Source of the DNA: Eledone cirrhosa
Lineage: Eukaryota
Direction: 5' to 3'
DNA: 64,000 nucleotides
Assembly: GCA_964016885.1 (NCBI GenBank)
Contig: OZ024751.1
Coordinates: 53,831,848-53,895,847, forward strand
Part shown: positions 41,691 through 54,922 of the stretch, piece after piece
How positions within the stretch are numbered: position 1 is the first letter of the stretch
Layout: every line of letters begins with the position of its first letter
The notes under the pieces: generated by a model
What the model was told of the DNA's origin: nothing
The model's database searches: none
What the model saw: only the letters and a program-made list of their open reading frames with translations
Translations under genes and position numbers: made by a program

Positions 41691-42578
41691 TGAGTAGGAC
41701 CAAATTACCATTCCTATATATAATGATAATCAAAAACGACACCACCATTACCACGGATATATATTATAAACACACAGACACCCATCAATATCTGAATTTT
41801 AAGTCGTGCCATCCACCTCATACAAAACGCAATATCCCATACTGCCTAGCCAGAAGAATTTGTACCATTGTAGTATAAAAATACCTATACAACAACTTAG
41901 AACAACCCAAGGAAGAAGAAACCAAGAACTGGTCATACCATTTATAATGACACACAACCCATGTCACCAGAATATCTTCAACACTGCCAAAGCAAACCTA
42001 ACGATCATTGCTCAAAGTAATGAATTAAAAGGCTTAATCACAGATCGATCTTTGACTCTTAGTAAAAGACAGCCAAAAAAGTTGAAGCAATTGCTAACAA
42101 AAGCAAAGTTTGACCTTAACAACAAAGACCAATCATTCACTGTATCTAAATGCAATGATAATCGATGCGGCACATGTCAATCCATACACGCCGGTCAATA
42201 TATGAAAACAAAAACTGGAAAAATATTCCCAAATGCAAATATGAACTGCAAAAGCAGAAATCTAATTTACTGCATTAAATGCCCGAATTGTGAAGAACTA
42301 TATGTCGGTCAAACTGGAAATGCACTATCGGAACGTGCACGGGTACACCGTCAACAAATCAGAGACCCAAATGTCCGTCAGATACCCCTAAGCAACCACC
42401 TGGCAACATGTGGTCAGAGAATATTTATAATATTCCCATTCTACAAATTACACAGCCCAAGTGAAATCAAGAGAAAAATCAAAGAAAAGAATTTTATTGA
42501 TAAATTCAAACCCAAGCTAAATGAACAATAATAACGCTTAGGGGTATTACTTCTACTATGACTATGACTACGACCACT

Positions 42579-42614
<36 letters not shown>

Positions 42615-43084
42615 AATAATAATAATAAAAGTGATGTTGATGGTGATGATTAATAGAAAATGCTATTTTCATCATTTCAAAAAAAGCAGAACAATTGATA
42701 CGTTGGATATGACTATTGGTCGTTAGCATGCTCAACCAGCCGTGACGCTTAAATCAATCAGCTGTAGTAATTCAGTGAAACTACACACTGATTGGTCGAA
42801 ATACAGTTTACAGGGCTTTGCATTCTGGAGCCACTTTTCTCTGTATAAAATGTATAAAGAAAGGTAGGAAATTTACCCATCTCATTACAGTTGAAAATTG
42901 CAAACTCGACTGTCACCACATATCATGAACCTGAAGATTGCGAAAGCATGAAAGTACTTGTTCAATTAACACTTAGAATTTAATATTCTATCATACTATT
43001 TCATTATAATACCATTATATATATATTTTAAAGGATTGTAAATAAAACGAGTAAATCAGACAAAGTTGGAATTCCTCTTATTAA
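41691..43084 (+). mobile_element. Penelope-like element 6 (Neptune-like), 3' fragment
   Basis: YYKHTD..SCHP, KCNDNRCGTC, LIYCIKC..YVGQTG, KPKLN; related to the PLE 4 C-terminus; hammerhead in 3' UTR. Confidence 0.9.
42926..42964 (+). ncRNA. Minimal type I hammerhead
   Basis: tgaac-CTGAAGA-ttgc gaaa gcat-GAAA-gtac-TT-gttca; palindrome AAGTACTT. Confidence 0.8.
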
Positions 43085-43094
43085 TATATATATG

Positions 43095-43127
<33 letters not shown>

Positions 43128-43212
43128 GTATATATATGTATATATATATATATGTATATATATGTATATATATATATATGTATATATATATATGTATATA
43201 TATATGTATATA

Positions 43213-43247
<35 letters not shown>

Positions 43248-43250
<3 letters not shown>

Positions 43251-46200
43251 GGAAAAATTTGAACAGGAACAAAACAGAGAGGTAGTACAACGAATGTTTA
43301 TTAATTTCACGCTCTGGAGAGTGGGGTGGTGGTGGGGAACGACGTTTCGGGCATAAGCCCTTCCTCAGGTGAGAAGTGTGTGGGAACAGAGTTCAAAGGG
43401 TGTGTAGGGGAGTGGTGGAGAGACATATAGCGAAAGGAAACGGTGCGAATGAAATTAAAAATAAAAATAAAAATAAAGCATGATCAAAATAAAAGGAATG
43501 AAATAAAAATAAATATAAAAGCATGATCAAAATAAACTGAAATTAAAAAAGGGTAAAACAGGTGGTGGAAGGGTGTGGGGTGTGTAGGGGTGGCGGCGGG
43601 TGGAGTGGGGAGAGGGAGACGGGTGTCCGAGCGGGGAGGGCTGAAGGTGGTGTGTGTGTGTATGTAGGTGTACGTGTGTGTGTGTGTATGTGAAAGTAAG
43701 GGTTGGGGGAAGAACGGGGTTGCATGTTCAGGAAGAGGTGTGTGTGGGGGGTTGTAGGTCGGAGTGTCTGTGCGTGTGTGGATAGAGGGGTGGGGTAAGA
43801 GGAATCAGGAGGCTGAGGGTGTAAATATGTGGTGGAAAGCACCTGTGTGTGTGGGGTTTAAGCGTGTTGTGGGTGTAGGTGGCGTGTGGGAGAAAACATT
43901 TTTTTTGGGGCGTGTGTGTGGGTGAGTTATATAGGTGATTCCGTAAGAGGATGGTTGAAATGTTGGTAAATTCCTATGATCTTAGTAGATTCCGTGGTGG
44001 TCAAGTTCCACATACGAGTATTCCATGAAGAGATGGTCGGAAGAGGAGAGATGTGGGGTGCGCGCGCAACAGGAAGTGGTCAAGCGGTGGGAGTGCTGTG
44101 TGTCTGTTTGTGCTCGAAGGTGGTCAGAGGGCATAGCAGCAGTCGGGTGGAATGGTAAAGGGGCGAGGATGGGTAGGTGTGAAAGTTGGAGTGAGGAGGG
44201 TGTGTGTGTGTATTAGTAGAGGTGTTAGTGGGATGAGTGAGTGTGGAGCGAGGGTGTGGGTGGAGCGGGGAGAGAAGGGCGTGTGTAGTTCTATGGAGGG
44301 AGTTTGGTGTACTGGTGTGTGTGTAGTTTGATGAAGGGGGTGTTAGTGGGTGTTAGTATACGGGAGGTGGGGAAAGGGTTGAATGCAGGTGTGAGTGGGG
44401 GTTAGTGGTGGTAGGGTGTGTAGAGTTGGTGGTGTACGAGGGTATGTGGGTACGTGTGCGTGGGGTTGGGGGGTGTTAGTGATGTTAGTTGCTTGTGGGG
44501 TGGGTGGTGTAAGTGGGTGCGTGTGTTCGTGTGCTTGGGGTCAGGGGGTGTTAGTGAGGTTAGTTGCGGGGTGGTGGGATGGAGGTGTGGGGGTGAGGGT
44601 TAGTGGTGGTAGTAGGGTGTGTGTTTAGTGTGAGCGCGTGTATATATGTGCCGGAGGGTGTGTGCGTGTGATAAGGAGGGGGGGAGAAGAAGGGAGGGAT
44701 GTTAGTATGTTAGTTGGGGAAGGGTGGTCGGATGAGGGGTGGAGTGGAGGTGTTAGTATTGTTAGTTGTGGGGTGGGCGGTGAAAAGGAGGGGTGTGTTA
44801 GTGGTGTTAGTGGGGGATATGTGTGGGGGGAGGGGGCGGTCGAAGGCTAAAGGAATAAGGGTGGGGAGTTCAGGCCGGGGGAGTGTGGGTCTGTAAGATG
44901 AAGATAGTTCTTTGTTCGACTCTAAGGAGATTGGCGGGTGTTCCGTGGCATTGGAGTAGGCCACAGACTGTGAGATGGCGTGTGGAATGTCCAGGGGCAC
45001 CAAAGTGGCGGGCGATGGGGGACTACCATCGACGAATATCCCGGAGGTGCTCAGTGAATCGGTCCGCCAGGCGACGTCCCGTCTGTCCGACATAAGTCGC
45101 GCTGCACACCGTGCAGCGAAGTCCGTAGACTAGGTTGGAGGAGGTGCAGCGGAAGGCATGCCGGACAGAGAGAGAGTGGCCGTTGGGACCATGGAAGGTG
45201 GTGGTGTTGGTGATGTGGGGACACGTGTTGCAGCGGGGCCTAGGACAGGGAAAGGAACCGGGGGGGGGGGAAGAGCGTGGGTTGGGGGTATGGAGCTGTG
45301 GACGAGGAGGGTGCGGAGATTGCGTGCGCGTTTGAAGGAGGGGAGTGGTGGGGTTGGGAAGATGTGGGAGGTGGAGGGGTCGGACTGGAGGCGTCGGAAG
45401 AGGCGGCGGATGGTGCGGTGGAGGGGTAAGGTGGAGGGGTGGTAGGTGATGGGGAAGGGGAGACGGTGGGTAGGTGTGCGGTGGTGTGGGGTGAGGGTGG
45501 TGGAGCGGTGTGGACGAGAGAGGGGGGTAACCTCTGCGGATGAAATGGCTGACTAGGGAAAGGGCCTGGGACTCGAAGTCAGCATCTCGGCTACAGAGGC
45601 GGCGGATCCTGAGGAGTTGGGAGTAGGGAGTGGAGTGTTTAGTGTGGGTGGGGTGGGAAGAGGTGAAGTCGAGGTAAGAGTGGGAGTCGGTGGGTTTGAA
45701 GAAGGCGGAGGTGACGAGGGAGTGGTGGGAGGGGTCGAAGGCGACGGAGATGTCTAAGAAGTGGACGTGGGTGGTGGAGATAGAGGTGGTGAAGTGGAGG
45801 GAGGGGTGGAAGGAGCAGAATAAGGAGAGAAAGGAGTCGAGCTGTTCTCGGGTGAGGGTCGTGGCTCCGATACAGTCGTCAATGTAACGACCGTACAGTT
45901 CGGGCGTGGGGCCGGTGTACTGGGCAAAGATTTGGGCCTCAACATGGCCAACAAAAAGGTTGGCATAGTTCGGGCCCATTCTTATACCCATGGCTACCCC
46001 CGTGACCTGTTGGTAAAACTCACCCGAGAAGGAGAAACAATTGAGGGTGAGGACCAGCTCGGAAGGCGAAGGGGGGTGGGGGTGGAGGGAATGGGGAAGG
46101 GGCGAAGGTTGAGGTAGTGTTTGAGGGCGCGTAGGCCGTCGGCGTGGGGGATGACGGTATAGAGGGACTTGATGTCTAGGGTGAAGAGGAAAGGCCGTGG

Positions 46201-46561
46201 GCCGGGTGGGTAGGTGAAGGAGTCGAAAAGGCGCAGGGCGTGGTTGGTGTCGGAGATGTGGGAGGGGAGGGTGGTGACAAGGGGGGCGAGGATGGAGTCG
46301 AGAAAGGCGGAGATGAGTTCGGTGGGGCAGTTGCAAGCGGAGACGATGGGGCGGCCGGGGTTGTCGGGTTTGTGGAGTTTGGGGAGCAAGTAGATGGTGG
46401 GGGTGCGGGGGGTGCGGACGATGAGGTGGGAAGCGGTGGGGGGGGGAGGGAGGAGGCGATAAGGTCTTGGATGGTGGAGGAGACTTGTTGTTGGTAGAGG
46501 GTTGGGATCGGAGGGTAGAGGGCGGTAGAAGAGGGGGTTACAGAGCTGCCTGTGGGCTTCG

Positions 46562-46564
<3 letters not shown>
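43248..46564 (-). mobile_element. Penelope-like element 7 (Neptune/Poseidon-like), GC-rich, 5'-truncated, frameshifted
   Basis: LPKLHK..GRPIVS, LDIKSLYTVIP, GVAMG, RYIDD, FLDI, KPTDSH, CPRPRCNTC, YVGQTGR; TA flanks. Confidence 0.92.
43339..43370 (-). ncRNA. Minimal type I hammerhead
   Basis: ac-CTGAGGA-a-gggc ttat gccc-GAAAC-GTC-gt. Confidence 0.75.
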
Positions 46565-46597
<33 letters not shown>

Positions 46598-46611
46598 TAT
46601 TGTATAGAAGG

Positions 46612-46662
46612 AGCTTCTACAGGACTAGTACTGTTTCATTCAGACAAAATCTTCAGGAAGCT
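46612..46662 (-). ncRNA. Type I hammerhead
   Basis: agcttc-CTGAAGA-[weak stem II]-GAAAC-ag..ct-GTA-gaagct; 6-bp stem I, 4-bp stem III. Confidence 0.75.
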
Positions 46663-47257
46663 GGGTGTCATATGAAGTTCTGGTATTTATACATTTAGGT
46701 AGTGGTAAGGGAGGGGTGGTGGCTGGGGGGGATTTTTTGGGGTAGGATGGTATTTAGATACACAGGACCACAACATGGCACAGGCCGTTTTTTCTTTGGG
46801 GAGTGGTCAATTAGCCAGAGTGCTTTTTTGAAATAAATAAATAAGTAAATAAATAGATAAATGAATAAATAAAAAAAAAAATAAATTAAAACATAAAAAA
46901 ATAAATAAATAAAACCCCCAAGAATCGTAATTCAACAGATATATATGTGTAAATATATATATATATATATACACATATATATACATATATATACACACAA
47001 GAAAAACACACAAATATACACACACACACGCATACACATACACACACATATATATATCTACACATATACACGTGCGCATACACACATATATATATATATA
47101 TACACACATACATGTATGTATGTCTCTCGGTATAAACTATACTATACATACATATGCACACACATACATACACATACATACACACACACACACATACATA
47201 CATACACACATATATACATATATACATATACACACACACACACACATACATATATAT

Positions 47258-47308
<51 letters not shown>

Positions 47309-47478
47309 CACATATACAAGCACACACGCATACATACACATACATACATACAAATAAGTACACATAAACACATATGCACAAACACGCACTCGTTCGCACA
47401 CATACATGTGTCTATAATATAATGGGAAAAGGTAGTGGGACAAATTTTAAACTGGGCCTGATAGAGGATTAAAATAAT

Positions 47479-47558
47479 TAATATCACTACAATATCACTA
47501 CAATATCACTACAATATCACTACAATATCACTACAATATCACTACAATATCACTACAA
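47479..47558. repeat. 11-bp tandem repeat (ACAATATCACT), about 7 units, at the LINE 5' junction
   Basis: Direct reading. Confidence 0.9.
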
Positions 47559-47608
47559 TAACGAATGAACCTAGGACCCTACCACAGACAGGCCGTTCTA
47601 AACAGACA

Positions 47609-48442
47609 TTGATTGGCGAAACTGACGTGGCAAATAAATCCTGCCACACACAGGCCATCCAAGTGCCTCTTGTAAATGACAAGAATGAAGACAATGACAT
47701 GCAAACACCTACAAAACAAGAAACAGGAGATCCTGCAGAAAAAGACCAAACTTCCCACGAAAAGAAACAGATTCAGAGCAAACGCTCAAATGAAGAAAGG
47801 CCAGTATGTATCCATTACAGGAGCAACAAGTGCAAACATGGTCTTTCAGGTAAAGGGTGCACGTACAGTCACCCCAAACCATGCAAACCATATATCAACT
47901 TCGGTACTGATCGAAAAAAAGGATGCCAAAATGGCCGAGAATGTGAACTCCTTCACCCAAAGATATGCCGCAATTCGCTGAGAAAAAAAGAATGTTTTGA
48001 CGAGAATTGCAAATTTATGCACCGCAAGGGTACAATTCGCATAAAAACTACTGAACCCACACCACCAGGACCAAGCTCAGCAGGGTATGAAAACCATTTC
48101 CCAAAAATGCAGAAACCAGGTCATGGCTCAACAGTGAATGAAAATCCTGCTACTCAATTGCATACATCAGCTGTAACAAACCCAAACTCGCAGAAATTCG
48201 ATACAGTAATGAATGAAAGCAGTTTTTTAGGCATAATCTACCAACTACAACAACAGCTGTACTCCATACAGATGACTCAGCAAAACCAGGCAACATTGAT
48301 ACAAAGGCTGACACCTGGACTTACAGGGCACATACAACAAATACAGACAGCCCAGCAGACCGAATATCCAGTCAGCACAGTCCCAGCAACTACAACAGTC
48401 TTGCCAACAATAGGGCAGATGTATCCGGTACAACAAGCATAA
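47609..48442 (+). CDS. LINE ORF1 (probably 5'-truncated) with three CCCH zinc fingers
   Basis: CIHYRSNKC..CTYSH, CKPY..CQNGRECELLH, CRNS..CFDENCKFMH. Confidence 0.75.
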   Translation: MIGETDVANKSCHTQAIQVPLVNDKNEDNDMQTPTKQETGDPAEKDQTSHEKKQIQSKRSNEERPVCIHYRSNKCKHGLSGKGCTYSHPKPCKPYINFGTDRKKGCQNGRECELLHPKICRNSLRKKECFDENCKFMHRKGTIRIKTTEPTPPGPSSAGYENHFPKMQKPGHGSTVNENPATQLHTSAVTNPNSQKFDTVMNESSFLGIIYQLQQQLYSIQMTQQNQATLIQRLTPGLTGHIQQIQTAQQTEYPVSTVPATTTVLPTIGQMYPVQQA

Positions 48443-51400
48443 TAACAGCAAATATCCAGGGTCTTTATCCGAAAACAAAACAGTGTAAAGTCCCTTTCTT
48501 GGAAGAATTAGCAACAGAAAACAACTCCAAAATAATTGGAATTACTGAAAGTCATCTCAACGAAAACATCCGCAACAGCGAAATCTCAATCAATGGATTC
48601 AACATCTTCAGATGTGATAGACAAGGCAGATCCCATGGGGGCGTTATCATGTATATCCATGATACCTATGCATGCATAGAACTTGTCAATGAATCAAATG
48701 CCTACTGCAACCTGATGTGCATAAAAATCAACCAACTTAAAACAGTTGTAACAATAATGTACAGACCGCCAAACAGCCCAACATTATCCTTCACTGAGCC
48801 ACTGACAAAGATCCAACAAATTCTGGGAAACATGGCGAGTCCAATGCCAGACATTATCCTCCTTGGTGACTTCAACTTCCCTAACATCATCTGGCCACAT
48901 GGACACATACTAAAACTGGGGACAAAAGCTGAACAAATACAGGCAGCCAAACTGTTGGAAGTCACAGAGAAATTATACCTCAAACAAATGATGACAGAAG
49001 CAACTAGAAATAATAATTGTTTCTACTTTTGGCACAAGGCCAGTAATTACCCAGTGCATTACTGGTACTTTATTTTATCGACCCCGTAAGGATGAAAGGC
49101 AAAGTTAACCTCGGCGAGATTTGAACTCAGAATGGCAAGGGCCGTAACTATGCGTCAAAGCATGGCGTCCGACTCTCTACCGATACTGCCAATCCCCCCT
49201 TCATTATTGTTTCTACTTTAGGCACAAGGCCAGCAATTACCCAGTGCATTACTGGTACTTTATTTTATCGACCCTGTAAGGATGAAAGGCAAAGTCAACC
49301 TCGGCGGGATTTGAACTCAGATCGTAAAGCATGGCGTCCGACCCTCCACCGATACTGCTAATCCACCGCCTTAGAAATAATAATACGATCGACTTGGTTT
49401 TCACCAACAACGAGGACACGCTATTTGACCTTCACTCAACCCCAACAATCCTTTCAGACCACAATATTATTGAAATGCATTTACACATTGGTAATGAGCC
49501 CAATGCCACAACTCTTAAACAAAAGGACATGCCAAAGCTATGCAGGTATGATTATCACCAGGCAAATTGGGAAACTATTAACAACCAGTTACAGATCATT
49601 GACTGGGATCTCTACCTTACTGGGCCAGATAAACACAAGAAATTCTTAAACAAGATCGAAGAAATATGTGCAAAAAATATTCCTCTTAAGAAAACCAAAT
49701 CCACAAAAAAACCTGTACCACGGGAGCGAAAGATCCTGATGCGCAAAAGGTCAAGACTAAGAAACAAAACATCTAAGCTGACATCAAAACATGAACTACA
49801 GAAAGTCCTTGACCAAATATACAGATTAGAAGACAATCTAAAACAACTAACAATGCAGAAAAGAGAGCCATAGAAAACATCAAGAAAAATCCAAAATGTT
49901 TCTACAGTTTTGCAAAGAAATACTCGAATACCAAGTCAACAATAGGACCTCTCCAGAGACAAAATGGGGATGTAGTGAATAACCCTATTGAAATGGCAGA
50001 AATGTTGGGTCAACAGTATGAAAGTGTCTTCAGTGAGCCATCTAAAACCATGAAGATCCATGACCCAGGAGAATTCTTCAAGGATATCGACCATACTAAA
50101 CCTACCCTATCCGACATTGATTTCAACCCAGAAGACATAGAAAGAGCCATAGACAAGCTCTCCATGCACTCGGCTGCGGGGCCTGATGGTTTCAATGCCA
50201 TGATACTTAAAAACTGCAAGGTACAATTGTTGAAACCCCTTTACATGATATGGAAGGAATCTATGGAGAATGGCAAAATACCAAATACATATAAAGAAGC
50301 ACACATAACTCCAATACATAAAGGGGACAGCAAATCAAAACCAAAGAACTACCGACCAATCTCACTGACATCACACATTATCAAGGTCTTCGAAAGAATA
50401 GTTCGTGGAAAACTGGTTGAGTTCCTGGAATCCAACAATCTGATGAATTGCAACCAGCATGGATTCAGGTTAGGTAGATCATGTCTTTCTCAACTACTGG
50501 CACACCATGACCAAATCCTAGAAAATCTAGAGAATGGATACAACACAGATGTTATTTACCTCGACTTTGCAAGGCATTTGACAAGGTAGATCATGGCATC
50601 CTGGGACACAAACTTCGAAAGCTAGGAGTAGGAGGAAAAGTTGGTACATGGATACATGAGTTCCTTACAAATAGAACTCAAACAGTCACTGTGAATGGAA
50701 CCCATTCAACACCATCACCTGTGACCAGCAGTGTTCCTCAGGGTACAGTACTCGGCCCGATCCTGTTTCTCATCATCATCTCTGACATAGATGAAGATAC
50801 AACCAGCAACGTCTCATCCTTTGCTGATGACACCAGGGTCATGAGACAAATCAAAGACGAGGTGGATACAGAGGCCTTACAAAAGGACCTGACCACCATA
50901 TACAAATGGCAGGAAACAAACAACATGCTGTTCAATGATAAGAAGTTTGAACTAATTCGCTACGGAACAGATCAAGATCTGAAAAATACAACAAACTACA
51001 GAAACCCATCAGGACAACAAATCATGGAAAAACAGTGTGTGAAAGATTTAGGCATCCACATGGGAACCAGCCTAAAATTCAGAGAACACCTTGACTCAGT
51101 CTGTCTTACTGCAAGAAAGTACAGCGGGTGGATCTTGCGCACCATCAAATCAAGAGATACCTCAACAATGAAGACCCTCTGGAAAAGTATGATACTTCCG
51201 AGGATTGACTACTGTTCTCAGTTGTGGTCACCAACAACAAAGGGCCAACTATCTAAGATGGAATCGCTCCAAAGAAATTTTACCTCATACTTCTCAGAAA
51301 CGAGGGACCTGGACTATTGGCAAAGACTCAAAACCTTGAAGATGTACTCAATAGAAAGAAGATTTGAGCGATACCGAATTATATACATTTGGAAAATGAT

Positions 51401-51779
51401 AGAGCAAAAGGTGCCAAACTTTGGTATCAAAACCTACCACTCACTGCGCCACGGAAGACGCTGCCAACTACCACCAATCAACAAAAAGGCTGGCCAGGCA
51501 GCAAAAACCCTGCGAGAGTCAAGTCTGTTGGTTCGAGGGGCACAACTATTCAACTCCATTCCGGTACATGTCAGAAATCTATCAGGATGCAGTGTGGAAT
51601 CATTCAAATTGCAGCTGGATAGATACTTAAGCACCATTAGAGATGAACCCCATCTCCCAGGATATACACAACGAGCACAAACTGACTCAAACTCGCTCCT
51701 ACACATGTCAAAATTAAACAGAGAATACAACCTGGCAACCACACCATACTCTGAGGGTGGAGTCTTCGACTTGGCCTGA
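48217..51779 (+). pseudogene. LINE ORF2 (APE and RT), interrupted by SINEs and frameshifts near 49850 and 50575
   Basis: TANIQGL, GITESHL, YRPP, GDFN, SDH, AAGPDG, NYRPISL, QHGF, YLDF, VPQGTVLGP, FADD. Confidence 0.9.
49015..49371 (-). mobile_element. Two tandem family A SINEs inside the LINE endonuclease
   Basis: Copies at about 49015-49200 and 49204-49371; 13-bp TSD TAGAAATAATAAT at 49005-49017 and 49372-49384. Confidence 0.9.
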
Positions 51780-51813
51780 GCATGGACTCAAACTCAAATG
51801 AAATGAAATGAAA

Positions 51814-51995
51814 GTTATTAATATTATCATCAAGTAATTAATTACTATTTATTATTTACTATTTACCATTCACTATTCGTTACCTATCTTTTATCTTTTA
51901 TCTATTCATTACCTAATCATTCACTCATTAATTAATAAATAAATGAATGAGTTAACTAACAAACGAACAAACAAACAGATAAACAAATAAACAAG

Positions 51996-52042
<47 letters not shown>

Positions 52043-53352
52043 AGTCACTAAATAAATAAATAAATAAATATACAAATAAATAGATAAATAAATCTCGAAC
52101 GTGTGCGTGCAGCAGTTCATAACTGCACGTATGCAAACATGAGCAGGTATATACGTGAATTTATGTGTGCGGCCACGGAACTTTACTCAGAAGCATACAA
52201 CACAATATATAAGACCGGGAGGGGAGGAAAGAAGGTAATAATGAGAGATAGAGGGGAGGAAAGAAGGTAATAATGAGAGATGGAGGGACGGAAGTGGGAT
52301 GGGGGACGGGGGTGGGGTGGTGATATGGGGGAGGGGGGTCAGTCGGGGGGCCGGGTGGGTCTGTAGTTTTTGTAATTTACATAGTTCTTGTGCATGCAAT
52401 TAGGGGAGTGTTCCGAGATCTTGTTGAGGAGAGGGCCTTTGGCGAAAAGAATCTCATAGCTCTCGGAGATACAGAGGACACAGCAATTATGGCCTCCCGT
52501 GTAGGATCGCGCTCTCTGGAGTAGTCTCCATTGGGTCTTGAAGGGGATGGAGTTCCTTTTAAGGTGCCAGATGTGGGCGGCGAGTGTAGTTTGGTTAGAT
52601 TTGTCTGGGCGCCGGAACGAATGTGTGTGGGCGTACCAGCGAGTCTTAAAACTGTTAGAAGTCATCCCGATGTACGAGTTTCTTTTTTCATCGGGGCCTG
52701 AGAGTACATCGCATATATAGACGAGATCTTTTTTTAGACAGTTGTTGTTGAGAGGGCAGGTAGTCTTATCAGGGCAATTGCAATTGCCATCGGTTGCTGG
52801 ATGGGCTTCGGAAAAAGTAGACTTATTTAGCTTCTTGATGTTATTGTTGGCTAAGTTCCTAGCTAGATTAGGTGTGGTAGAGTAAGAGAGTCTAATGGTA
52901 TTCTTATTAAGGATTGTATAGTACCTATGTTGGGTGGGGAAGTGTTTTTGTATGAGAGTGAAGAAAATTTTAGCTACAGGTGTTGAAACTTCGCGGTTGA
53001 AGGGGGGGGTTGTACCAGCTAATGTGCCTTCGCCTATTCTTCCTGGGTGGGCGTGGGGCTATACTAAGGTAGGTGATCTTATCTCTAAGGCCGCTGCGGG
53101 CCAGGGCCTCGTTGTAATAGGGGGCTGCTGCTCTAAAGATATCTTCATTGGCGGCGAGGCTAGATATCCTAATGGAGACACTTTTCACTAGGTTGTCTAA
53201 TATATTTTTGGGGTGGTTAGAATTAACGTCTATATATCTAAGGGATTCATTAAGTTTGTGGTACGGGTAGTAAAGGGAAGTTTCTAAGTCGAGGGTAACG
53301 TCTAGGAAGTTAGCTTTAGTTAAGTTCGAATCTAAGGTAATCCTAAGGCCTT
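51814..53352 (-). mobile_element. Penelope-like element 8 (Nematis-like), 3' fragment
   Basis: [58 protein letters not shown]; homologous to PLE 1 and PLE 3. Confidence 0.85.
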
Positions 53353-54205
<853 letters not shown>

Positions 54206-54248
54206 ATAATATAATAAATAACAAAGAACGCTTATAGCATATGCATAT

Positions 54249-54306
54249 CTTTACTTGCTAACATTGTTTCATCCGCACTATAAGTGGGACTCATCAGAGC
54301 ATAAAG
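54249..54306 (-). ncRNA. Type I hammerhead (left arm)
   Basis: Reverse complement of 56262-56319. Confidence 0.75.
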
Positions 54307-54858
54307 GTTAATTACATACCATACAAACAATAACAAATCCAAGACATTGAAGAATGAAAGGTAATAATAGGACGATAAAGGATAAGAATAAAAATAAAAG
54401 TAAAAATAAAAATAAAAATAAAAATAAAAATAAGGGGTGCTATCAGTCACAGTTGGGCGGGGTGCTGTCAACATATAGTTACATACAAGCATACACATGG
54501 ATAAGAGAACAGACAAGAGTAGACACATGGATAAGAGAACAGACAAGAGTAGATAAGATAATGGGATTAGGTAAGAGTAGGTAAAAAATAGGTAAAAAAT
54601 AGGTGAAAAGCAGACTTATAATATATATAAAAAGAAATACAAAGAAATACATAACAAACTTACATATAAAATATAGGGTAAGGAATGAGATAAAATAATA
54701 TAAAATTAAAAATTAAAAATTATATACATAGAACATAATATAATATAATCGTAAAATAAGATAAAATAAGGTAAACTAAAATCAAATAACATAGACTAAA
54801 TTAAAATAATATAATATAAGATATAATTAAATGTATAATTAAATGTAATTAAATGTAA

Positions 54859-54922
<64 letters not shown>

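Larger units (their letters stand above)
47560..51813 (+). mobile_element. CR1/L2-group LINE with CCCH-finger ORF1 and APE-RT ORF2
   Basis: ORF1, ORF2 motifs, very short 3' UTR, (TGAAA)n tail. Confidence 0.92.
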
